Part shown: positions 24,066 through 32,000 of the stretch, one piece after another | How the letters are laid out: the number at the start of each line of letters is the position of its first letter | How positions within the stretch are numbered: the stretch's first letter is position 1 | Assembly: GCA_030167145.1 (NCBI GenBank) | Contig: CP126532.1 | Span: 1,230,001-1,262,000, forward strand | From: Ktedonobacterales bacterium | GTDB lineage: Bacteria > Chloroflexota > Ktedonobacteria > Ktedonobacterales > JADMIN01 | Length of the DNA: 32,000 nt | Reading direction: 5' to 3' | The notes under the pieces: model-generated | Told to the model about the DNA's origin: nothing | The model's input: only the letters and a program-made list of their open reading frames with translations | Database searches by the model: none | Translations under genes and position numbers: made by a program

Positions 24066-26234
24066 ATGACCCCAGTAGACCTCGTATGGTTGATTCCCGC
24101 GCTGCCGCTGGCGGCGATGGTCCTCATTTTCTGCGTCACCCGGCCGCTGGATGTGCGTAGCCAGCATCGTGTTCCTCCGGTGGGGGCAGCGGCTGGCGGC
24201 CACGGGGCCGGTGACGCCGCACATGAAACGCACGACACCGCGCCCACTGAGCAGGGAGCATCGCATGGCGACGCGGGACACGACGACCACGGCGGCGGGC
24301 ATGGCTCGACGACGCCGTGGGGCATGGTGGGCAGCGTGATCGGCCTGGGAGCGCTGGCGGGCGCATTTGTGTGGTCGCTGTTGATTCTCTTTCAGTTTCT
24401 GAGCGACAGCGCGCTGTTGGCGCACGGCAAGACGATTCACCTCTATAACTGGTTCACTATCGGTAGCTTGAAGTACACCATAGATTTCCGCGTGGATTCG
24501 CTGACGGTGGTGATGCTGATCGTGGTCACGGGCGTCTCGATGCTGGTGCATCTCTACTCCGTGGGCTACATGGCGGGCGACGCGGGCTATTCGCGCTTCT
24601 ACGTCGAACTGGCGCTCTTCACGCTGGCGATGCTGATTCTGGTGCTAGCGGCGAACTTCCTGGTGCTGTTCATCGGCTGGGAGCTGGTCGGGTTGTCGTC
24701 GTACCTGCTGGTAGGCTTCTGGTTCAATCATTCGCCGCCGCCCGCTGGCTCGGAAGCGCCATATCCGCCGCCCGCGCAGGTCAAGGCGTTTGTCACGACG
24801 CGGCTGGGCGACTTCGGTTTCATGATCGGCATCCTGATTCTCTTCTTCCTGACCGGCACGTTCAACTTCGTGGAATTGACCATCAAGACCAATCCCGCCA
24901 CCGGCATAGACCGCACCCTGGTGACGATTGCGATGATTCTGGTGTTCTGCGGCGCTATCGGCAAGTCGGCGCAGTTCCCGCTGCACGTGTGGCTGCCGGA
25001 CGCAATGGCCGGCCCGACGCCGGTCAGCGCGCTGATCCACGCGGCGACGATGGTGGCGGCGGGCGTATATCTGGTGGCGCGGCTCTTCCCGCTGTACGCG
25101 GTCTCGGCGTATCCGGCGGCATTCCAGGTGGTGGGCTATATCGGCGGATTCACGGCGCTGTTCGCGGCGACCATCGCGCTGACACGGTACGACATCAAGG
25201 GCGTGCTGGCGTACTCGACGATCAGCCAACTTGGCTATATGTTCGTTGGCTTGGCCGTTGGCGAAACCAATACCATCGGTATGTATCACCTCTTTACGCA
25301 TGCCTTCTTCAAGGCGCTGCTGTTCCTTGGCTCCGGCAGTGTGATTCACGGGCTCGCGACGGCGCAGGATCCGCATGGGGTGCAGGATATGCGCAAGATG
25401 GGCGGTCTGGCGAAATTCATGCCGATTACCGCGCTGTGTTTTTTGGTGGCGACCCTCTCGATCTCCGGCATTCCGCCGTTCGATGGCTTCTGGAGTAAAG
25501 ATCCGATCATCGCTACCTCTCTGGATCGCGGCAATTACGTGGTCTTTGGCATGACGCTGCTCACCGCGTTGCTGACCGCCTTCTATATGTTCCGGCTATT
25601 CTTCCTGACCTTTGGCGGCAAGGGCGGTGCGTTTGGCGGGCTGTGGGGCGGACGCGCGCAATATCGTGGTGAGGCGGAGCATCCACATGAGTCGTCGTGG
25701 GTGATGTGGCTGCCGCTGGTGATTCTGGCTACCGCGACAGTCGCGCTGGGTTTGGTAGACTTCTTCGGTTTCGATCAGGGATTCGCCTGGTTCCTCAATA
25801 GCGGCGTCAATGTAGAGTTCCCAGTGGTGCCAGCGCTGGATGTCTTGACGGGCGTTGGTGTCGCCACAGCCCTTCTGGGTGTTGGGCTGGCGTGGCTGAT
25901 GTATGGCCTGGGGGTGATTCCGGCCAATGCTTTCACGCGCAATCCCATCGGTGGGTTCGTGCATCGCGTGCTCTACAACAAGTATTACCTGGACGACCTG
26001 TACGGCTGGATCATCAAGTACGTGGCGCTGGGCCTCGCGAGCGGCTGCGCGCTCTTCGATCAGTACATCATTGACGGCCTTGTGAATGGCTCAGCGCGCT
26101 TCGTGCGCGGCCTGGGCAACGTGACACGCCGCTCCGAGACGGGCGTGCTGCAAAACTATGGTGCGGCGCTGTTTGGCGGCGCGCTGATTATCATGATCGT
26201 CATCTTCTTCGCCACGGGCACAATCGGTAAGTAG
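24066..26234 (+). CDS. nuoL: NADH-quinone oxidoreductase subunit L (with atypical His-rich insertion after TM1)
   Basis: 'GWELVGLSSYLLVGFW' and 'SAQFPLHVWLPDAMAGPTPVSALIHAATMVAAGVYL', with a long C-terminal extension consistent with the lateral helix. aa 26-85 is a hydrophilic H/G/D/A-rich insert. Confidence 0.93.
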   Translation: MTPVDLVWLIPALPLAAMVLIFCVTRPLDVRSQHRVPPVGAAAGGHGAGDAAHETHDTAPTEQGASHGDAGHDDHGGGHGSTTPWGMVGSVIGLGALAGAFVWSLLILFQFLSDSALLAHGKTIHLYNWFTIGSLKYTIDFRVDSLTVVMLIVVTGVSMLVHLYSVGYMAGDAGYSRFYVELALFTLAMLILVLAANFLVLFIGWELVGLSSYLLVGFWFNHSPPPAGSEAPYPPPAQVKAFVTTRLGDFGFMIGILILFFLTGTFNFVELTIKTNPATGIDRTLVTIAMILVFCGAIGKSAQFPLHVWLPDAMAGPTPVSALIHAATMVAAGVYLVARLFPLYAVSAYPAAFQVVGYIGGFTALFAATIALTRYDIKGVLAYSTISQLGYMFVGLAVGETNTIGMYHLFTHAFFKALLFLGSGSVIHGLATAQDPHGVQDMRKMGGLAKFMPITALCFLVATLSISGIPPFDGFWSKDPIIATSLDRGNYVVFGMTLLTALLTAFYMFRLFFLTFGGKGGAFGGLWGGRAQYRGEAEHPHESSWVMWLPLVILATATVALGLVDFFGFDQGFAWFLNSGVNVEFPVVPALDVLTGVGVATALLGVGLAWLMYGLGVIPANAFTRNPIGGFVHRVLYNKYYLDDLYGWIIKYVALGLASGCALFDQYIIDGLVNGSARFVRGLGNVTRRSETGVLQNYGAALFGGALIIMIVIFFATGTIGK

Positions 26235-26261
26235 GCGAGAGGGAAAGGAAAGAAGCTGGAT

Positions 26262-27848
26262 ATGCCCTGGTTAACCCTGGTAGTCTTCCTGCCCGCGCTC
26301 GCTGGCGTGATTGTGCTGCTGGCGCCATCACGCGCCGCGAAGTGGATCGCCGCCGCGTTCACGCTGGTGGTAGTGGGCATCAGCCTGTATCTCTACTTCG
26401 GGCTGCTCAACGGCAGCGCCACCAACTTCGGCGATGTGCTGCATCCGCAATGGTTCGAGTCGCAGCCATGGATCAACGTAACGCTCGGCGGATTTCACTT
26501 CCAGATCAATTACGCGCTGGGCGTGGACGGCCTGAGTCTGCCAATGGTCTTCCTGAACGCGCTGCTGACGTTTCTGGCTGTAGTCAGTTCATGGCGTATC
26601 GAGAAGCGGCCACGGTTCTACATGGCGATGCTGCTGTTTCTCGAAACGGGCGTGATGGGCGTCTTCACGTCGTTCGACCTCTTCCTCTTCATCCTCTTCT
26701 GGGAGGTCGAACTGATCCCGATGTTCTTGCTGATCGGCATCTGGGGTGGCGCGCGGCGCGAGTACGCGGCGTGGAAGTTCTTGATTTATACGCTGGTCGG
26801 CTCGTCGTTCACACTGGCGGGCATCTTCTTCATCTACGTGCAGACGGGCGCCGTCAACGCGACGTTCCAGCACTTCGCCAATCCAGTGGTGGCGGGGTCG
26901 CTGAATGGCTCGATGACGCTGCTGGGGGCGACGGTCTCGCTGCCGCTGGTGTTGTTCCTGCTGCTGTTTACGGGCTTCGCGGTGAAGATTCCGATGTGGC
27001 CGGTGCATACGTGGCTGCCAGACGCGCATACCGAAGCGCCGACGGCGGTGAGCGTGTTGCTGGCGGGCGTGCTGCTGAAGATGGGCGCGTATGGCTTGAT
27101 TCGCATCTGCCTGGGCTTCGTGCCGCATGGGGCGATGGAGTTCGCGCCGGTACTGGGCATCTTCGCGGCGATCAACGTGCTGTGGGGCGCGGGAGCTTCG
27201 ATGGTGCAGCAGGATATGAAGAAGATGATCGCGTACTCCAGCGTGAGCCACATGGGTTATGTGTTGCTGGGGGTCGCGGGGGCGGCGGCGGTGGCGACGA
27301 CGGGCGCGGGCGCGGACCTGGCGAGCTTCCGGCAGGCGGCGCTGACCGGCGCGACGCTACAAATGTTTACCCACGGCGCGATTACGGGTATGCTCTTCTT
27401 CTGTGTCGGCGTGGTCTATGAGAAGGCGCATACGCGCAACATAGACGCATTCGGCGGCATCGCAGAGGTGATGCCAAAGGAGAGTACTCTGTACTCGTTC
27501 GCCTGTTTCGCGTCGCTGGGTCTGCCCGCGTTGGCGGGCTTCGTCGCGGAATACTTAGTCTTTACGGGCAGCTATGCGCTGCTGCCGGTGCAGACGATAC
27601 TGTCGGTCTTCGGAGTGGTGCTGACGGCGGGTTATCTGCTGTGGATGCTGCGCCGCTCGTTCTTCGGACCACTGAATAAGGCGTGGGCGTGGCTCACCGA
27701 TGCGAACCCGCTGGAGTGGTTCCCGCTGGTGTCGCTGGCGGTGGTGATTCTCTTCGTCGGTGTGTATCCGCTGCCGATTGTGGATCTGCTGACGCCCAGC
27801 CTGCATCAGATGCTGACTACTCTACAGCCCATCGTGGCGTCACGCTAA
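26262..27848 (+). CDS. nuoM: NADH-quinone oxidoreductase subunit M
   Basis: 'FWEVELIPMFLLIGIWGG', 'PMWPVHTWLPDAHTEAPTAVSVLLAGVLLKMG' and 'MIAYSSVSHMGYVLLG'. Confidence 0.93.
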   Translation: MPWLTLVVFLPALAGVIVLLAPSRAAKWIAAAFTLVVVGISLYLYFGLLNGSATNFGDVLHPQWFESQPWINVTLGGFHFQINYALGVDGLSLPMVFLNALLTFLAVVSSWRIEKRPRFYMAMLLFLETGVMGVFTSFDLFLFILFWEVELIPMFLLIGIWGGARREYAAWKFLIYTLVGSSFTLAGIFFIYVQTGAVNATFQHFANPVVAGSLNGSMTLLGATVSLPLVLFLLLFTGFAVKIPMWPVHTWLPDAHTEAPTAVSVLLAGVLLKMGAYGLIRICLGFVPHGAMEFAPVLGIFAAINVLWGAGASMVQQDMKKMIAYSSVSHMGYVLLGVAGAAAVATTGAGADLASFRQAALTGATLQMFTHGAITGMLFFCVGVVYEKAHTRNIDAFGGIAEVMPKESTLYSFACFASLGLPALAGFVAEYLVFTGSYALLPVQTILSVFGVVLTAGYLLWMLRRSFFGPLNKAWAWLTDANPLEWFPLVSLAVVILFVGVYPLPIVDLLTPSLHQMLTTLQPIVASR

Positions 27849-27866
27849 AGCGGCAGGAGCCTGATC

Positions 27867-29354
27867 GTGAAAATACAGTTTGACGCAGCACAATTCTGGA
27901 TGCTCTCGCCGCAGTTGAGCGTGGTGCTACTTGGCTTTCTAGTGCTGGGAATGGACCTCATCACCAAGCGGAGGCTGCCGACCTTTCTGGTGGCGCTCTT
28001 CGGGCTGGTGGTGCCGCTCTTTTTCACGCTGACGCTTTCGCTCGGCACGTTTGGCACGCATCCGCCACGCGCGTTCTTCGGGATGTTCGCGGCGGATGGT
28101 TTCGCGCTCTTCTTTGATTATCTGTTTCTGGCCATCGGCTTCGGCGTGATTCTGGTCTCATACGGCTATGCGGGCAAGTTTCTGCGCGCCACACGCGGCG
28201 AATACTACAGCGTGATTCTGCTTTCGCTGGCCGGTATGATGCTGATGGGCAGCACGACGGAACTGATCTCGATCTACATCTCGCTGGAGCTGACGAGCAT
28301 CCCGCTCTACGTGCTGGCGGGGCTGATGCGCCACGAGACGCGCTCGGCTGAGGCGGCGGTGAAGTATGTGCTGCTGGGGGCGATGTCGTCGGCGATTCTG
28401 CTCTACGGCCTGGCGCTGCTCTACGGTGTGACGGGGAGCACAGACCTGGGGGAGATTGCCAAATCGGTGACAACCGTGCTGCACGGCGGGAATCTGGTGC
28501 TGCTGGCGGCGGATGTCTTCATCTTCACGGGTTTCGGCTTCAAGATTTCGGCGGTGCCGTTCCACATGTGGGCGCCGGACATCTACGAGGGCGCGCCATC
28601 GCCCTCTACGCTGTTCTTCTCGATTGGCTCGAAGGCGGCGGGGTTTGCGGCGATCCTGCGCATCTTCGTCTTTGGCGGGCTGATTGGGCCGAGCAGCGCA
28701 TATCTGTGGGTGATGGTGGCCATCGTGGCGGCGGTGACGATGACGCTGGGCAATATTGTGGCGCTGCTGCAATCGAATATCAAGCGCATGATGGCCTACA
28801 GCAGCATCGGGCAGGCGGGCTATCTGCTGGTTGGGCTGGCGGCGCTGATGCTGCACAACACGCCGGAAGGCATGCTGAGCATGCTGGCGTTCCTGGCGGT
28901 GTATATCGTCACGAATATCGGTGTGTTCACGGGCATCATCGGGCTGGCCGACGCCACCGGCAAGGAGAATATCCGCGACTTCGATGGCCTGGGCCGCCGC
29001 GCGCCATGGATTGCGTTTGGCATGTCGCTCAGTCTGCTCTCACTGGCGGGTATTCCGCCGATGGCGGGCTTTTTGAGCAAACTGTTCATCCTGGCGACGG
29101 CGTGGGGGTCGGGCAGCCAACTGGCGTGGCTGGTGATTCTGGGCCTGATCAATAGCGCGATCTCCATCGTGTATTACACCAATGTGGTGTGGCGCATGTT
29201 CGCCTTCGAGCCGCCGAAGAAGGACCGGCTGGCGATGCCCGCCGCCATCAACATCGGCATGGCGCTCGCGGTCGCGGGCATCCTGGCGCTGACGGTGGTC
29301 TTTGGGCTGCTGGCGAACCAGATTCTCACCGGCGGCGCGGGGCTGCTGAAGTAA
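27867..29354 (+). CDS. nuoN: NADH-quinone oxidoreductase subunit N
   Basis: GTG start with AGGAG 8 nt upstream. 'ISLELTSIPLYVLAG', 'VPFHMWAPDIYEGAPSPSTLFFS' and 'MMAYSSIGQAGYLLVG'. Confidence 0.92.
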   Translation: MKIQFDAAQFWMLSPQLSVVLLGFLVLGMDLITKRRLPTFLVALFGLVVPLFFTLTLSLGTFGTHPPRAFFGMFAADGFALFFDYLFLAIGFGVILVSYGYAGKFLRATRGEYYSVILLSLAGMMLMGSTTELISIYISLELTSIPLYVLAGLMRHETRSAEAAVKYVLLGAMSSAILLYGLALLYGVTGSTDLGEIAKSVTTVLHGGNLVLLAADVFIFTGFGFKISAVPFHMWAPDIYEGAPSPSTLFFSIGSKAAGFAAILRIFVFGGLIGPSSAYLWVMVAIVAAVTMTLGNIVALLQSNIKRMMAYSSIGQAGYLLVGLAALMLHNTPEGMLSMLAFLAVYIVTNIGVFTGIIGLADATGKENIRDFDGLGRRAPWIAFGMSLSLLSLAGIPPMAGFLSKLFILATAWGSGSQLAWLVILGLINSAISIVYYTNVVWRMFAFEPPKKDRLAMPAAINIGMALAVAGILALTVVFGLLANQILTGGAGLLK

Positions 29355-29357
29355 AAA

Positions 29358-29375
29358 CGTAGCCTGAAGGCTACG
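29358..29375 (+). terminator. hairpin 3 nt after the nuoN stop (terminator candidate)
   Basis: CGTAGCC-TGAA-GGCTACG, a perfect 7-bp stem with a tetraloop. It is preceded by AAAAA; no clear T-tract follows. Confidence 0.5.
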
Positions 29376-29410
29376 GGTAATCGTCTAAAATGTAGTTCTG
29401 TACACAGCGG

Positions 29411-29442
29411 CGCCCTCTCGTGCTACACCGGACGAGGGGGCG
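29411..29442 (+). promoter_or_regulatory. 11-bp stem-loop whose 3' arm contains the only SD-like sequence of the downstream dehydrogenase gene
   Basis: CGCCCTCTCGT-(10 nt)-ACGAGGGGGCG, 10 Watson-Crick pairs plus one G.U. It ends directly at the TTG/GTG start candidates (29443/29446). Confidence 0.4.
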
Positions 29443-30402
29443 TTGGTGTATGCTGGGGGTATGGAGAGCCAGTCGCTATTATTGATGGGGCCGCGCATGC
29501 TGGCGTGGGTTACGGAGCAGTTGCCGCCACTCGCGCCGGATGCGGTGCTGGTGCGGACGACGGCGGGCGCCGTGAGTGTGGGCACGGAACTGCCGCAATA
29601 TACCGGCGCGGCGCGTTCACCCGCTCCGCGCGGATATCCGCGCATGACAGGCTATGAGAGCGTGGGGGTGGTGGTCGCGTGCGGAGGTGCGGTGCACGAT
29701 GTGCATCCGGGCGACCGCGTGGTGGCGTTCTACGGCCACCGCACGCTAGCAGTCGTGCCTGACAGCAAGGTGATACCCGTGCCAGATGGCATATCGGACG
29801 CGCTGGCGCTCTTGGCGATACTGACCTGCGATGTGGCGAAGGGCATCCGCACGCAAGCGCCGCGCGAGGATGAGCCGGTGCTGGTGACAGGTGCGGGGGC
29901 GATTGGCCTGCTGACGATCTGGGTGCTGCGCGCGTATGGTGTGCGCGCTGTGGATGTGGTCGAGCCAGTGGCAGAACGGCGGGCGCTGGCGCTGGCGCTG
30001 CGGCTGGGCGCGCGGCAGGCGTGGACGCCGGAGGATGTGCCGAGCGCTGAGAGCTACACTGTTGGCTTCGAGTGCAGCAGCCGCGACGCCGCGTTTCACT
30101 TGCTGCAACGGCGGGTAGCGGCGGGCGGGCGCATCTGCGTGTTGGCAGATGGCAATATCGAGCCGCTGACGCTGGCGCCAGACTTCCATCGCAAAGAACT
30201 GACGGTGGTGGGGTCGAGCGATGGGTGGGACTACCAGGAGCATGCGCGCTGGTATTTCGCGCGGGTGCAAGCGGGCGCGCCGGAGCTAGAGGCGATCTTC
30301 GACGATCGCGTGGCGGCGTCCGCGCTGCCAGAGGCGTTCGCGCGGATGGCGAGCGGCGAGCGCATGCCGGTGAAGGTGCTGATAGACTACAATACAGGCT
30401 GA
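29443..30402 (+). CDS. medium-chain dehydrogenase/reductase (MDR) family oxidoreductase, BchC-like subgroup
   Basis: 'VSVGTELPQYTGAARSPAPRGYPRMTGYESVGVVV' resembles the 'GTE...GYPLVPGYESVG' motif I associate with BchC-type MDRs; it has Tyr where classical ADHs have the GHE His. Rossmann motif 'VLVTGAGAIGLL'. The start is ambiguous (TTG 29443, GTG 29446 or ATG 29461). Confidence 0.78.
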   Translation: MVYAGGMESQSLLLMGPRMLAWVTEQLPPLAPDAVLVRTTAGAVSVGTELPQYTGAARSPAPRGYPRMTGYESVGVVVACGGAVHDVHPGDRVVAFYGHRTLAVVPDSKVIPVPDGISDALALLAILTCDVAKGIRTQAPREDEPVLVTGAGAIGLLTIWVLRAYGVRAVDVVEPVAERRALALALRLGARQAWTPEDVPSAESYTVGFECSSRDAAFHLLQRRVAAGGRICVLADGNIEPLTLAPDFHRKELTVVGSSDGWDYQEHARWYFARVQAGAPELEAIFDDRVAASALPEAFARMASGERMPVKVLIDYNTG

Positions 30403-30459
30403 TGACACATAGCGTAGGGGCGTCCGGTGGACGCCCGCCGCGAGAGGAATACCCGCACC

Positions 30460-30957
<498 letters not shown>

Positions 30958-30987
30958 AGGCTGAGCCCAAACAAGGGAAGTAACGCC

Positions 30988-31767
30988 ATGCGCTTCCATA
31001 GCGCCACTATCCCATCAATGGGGTTTCCGCGTAGCATCGCGTTACGAAACCTGCTGCTACTGGCTATAGTGGGCGCAAGTATCGTGCTGGCGGGGTGTAG
31101 CGGCAGCAGTGGAACTCCCAAACGAGGAGTGGGAGCATTCCTGCATGTGCTCGTTTTTGCGCCACAAGTGACCTATGCCGATGCGTTGCGCCGTGTGACT
31201 GACTTCGGCCTTCAGCCTGCATGGAATTGTGGTGTGCCTGCTACTGTCGTCCCGAGCTCTGGCCAGGCGCCGCTGCGGCGCTGGGAGCCAGTGGGTCAGC
31301 GCGCGACCTATGACCAGCAGCACGAGATTGTCGTACAGGAGACGCCGCTCGCACCAAGTGACTGGCAAGATCGTCTGACGTCACTTCCTGGCGTACGGCA
31401 AGTCAACATATTCGATGTGCCAGCGTGCCAGAACTACGTGAACGGCACCCCGACCGCCAATGATGCGCTGCCGCTGACTGGCAATGACATGATTCCGTAT
31501 GGACTCGTCACGTTCGATTCGACAACCTCGTATGATGACGCGCTCTATACTGTCAGCGACCTGGGCCTCAATTTGGCGGACCCGTGCGGCAGCCGGTCGG
31601 GTGACTTCAATATCGCGGGGCAAGAAGATGGCCTCGCGCAGACACACACGCTGCTGATCGCGCCTGATCCTGGGAACAGCTCTACTTTGTGGCAACAGCA
31701 GTTGCAGAGTGCGGCGGGCGTCACCAAAACGCAGATTCCTGCCGGTCCGCCGTCATGCTCCGGGTGA
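30988..31767 (+). CDS. putative lipoprotein with two tandem copies of an uncharacterised ~90-aa two-Cys domain
   Basis: Signal peptide plus lipobox 'LLLLAIVGASIVLAGC' (Cys37). Repeat A spans aa ~50-147 and repeat B aa ~170-257 (see findings). The start is ATG 30988 or ATG 31018. Confidence 0.62.
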   Translation: MRFHSATIPSMGFPRSIALRNLLLLAIVGASIVLAGCSGSSGTPKRGVGAFLHVLVFAPQVTYADALRRVTDFGLQPAWNCGVPATVVPSSGQAPLRRWEPVGQRATYDQQHEIVVQETPLAPSDWQDRLTSLPGVRQVNIFDVPACQNYVNGTPTANDALPLTGNDMIPYGLVTFDSTTSYDDALYTVSDLGLNLADPCGSRSGDFNIAGQEDGLAQTHTLLIAPDPGNSSTLWQQQLQSAAGVTKTQIPAGPPSCSG

Positions 31768-31847
31768 CTCGCGGCTCAATGAGGTCAGGCGATACAATCA
31801 ACGAAAGCGCGCGACAGTGGAATTGGCCACCAGTCGGTTGGCGCGCG

Positions 31848-32000
31848 ATGAGTCGCAGCAAATTTTGTCGAAGTGCGGTTAGGCAAGCGGTGAAACAGCC
31901 AGACGTGTCTTGGAACCCAGATGAGGCGGCGCTGCCGCCCGTGCCAACGCCGCCACGTGTTGTGCGGGTGCGCGGCCCAGCGCGGGGAGCGCAGGTCGTG
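31848..32000 (+). CDS. possible 5' end of a CDS running off the window (51 codons, no stop)
   Basis: ATG at 31848, open to the window edge. GATACAAT lies 50 nt upstream. It is too short to judge coding potential, and no motif was recognised. Confidence 0.2.
   Translation, partial: MSRSKFCRSAVRQAVKQPDVSWNPDEAALPPVPTPPRVVRVRGPARGAQVV

Noticed and set aside
26342-27421. 359-aa plus-strand ORF in an alternative frame of nuoM, and similar alternative-frame ORFs inside nuoN (28158..28856 and 28568..29155)
   Set aside because: They overlap bona fide NuoM/NuoN frames that carry the conserved 'WLPDAH' and 'FHMWAPD' motifs. Their compositions are Arg/Gly-rich nonsense.

Overview
High-GC (about 60-65% G+C by eye) bacterial chromosomal window, densely coding on both strands with about 29 CDS. 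I recognised no rRNA, tRNA, CRISPR array, transposase or integrase. Left to right: a hypothetical protein; an M16 zinc peptidase; a FemAB-family peptidyltransferase; a CPA1 Na+/H+ antiporter with a C-terminal rhodanese domain cut by an in-frame TGA; a glutaryl-CoA-dehydrogenase-like ACAD; a DUF929 thioredoxin-like protein plus a VKOR homologue; a low-GC type II R-M cassette (BamHI/BglII-fold endonuclease overlapping an MT-A70 'DPPW' methyltransferase); MarC; a PFK-family kinase; an 8-bladed PQQ-like beta-propeller; an ArsR-like regulator, folE and a RibD_C-type reductase; a DoxX-Rieske fusion plus DUF2231; an OmpR/HK pair; a small membrane protein plus a Hanks Ser/Thr kinase; nuoJKLMN without nuoA-I; a BchC-like MDR dehydrogenase; Bcp; and a lipoprotein with an internal domain duplication. 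Four things deserve a second look. (1) A TGA sits two codons after the rhodanese catalytic Cys, the rest of the domain stays intact in frame, and a SECIS-like hairpin follows; this is either selenocysteine recoding or a very recent nonsense mutation. (2) The DoxX-Rieske fusion carries an internal twin-arginine motif. (3) DUF929 and VKOR look like an operon for disulfide formation. (4) NuoL has a His-rich insertion of about 60 aa. All family calls rest on motif recognition by eye. No searches were run, and many start codons are uncertain.
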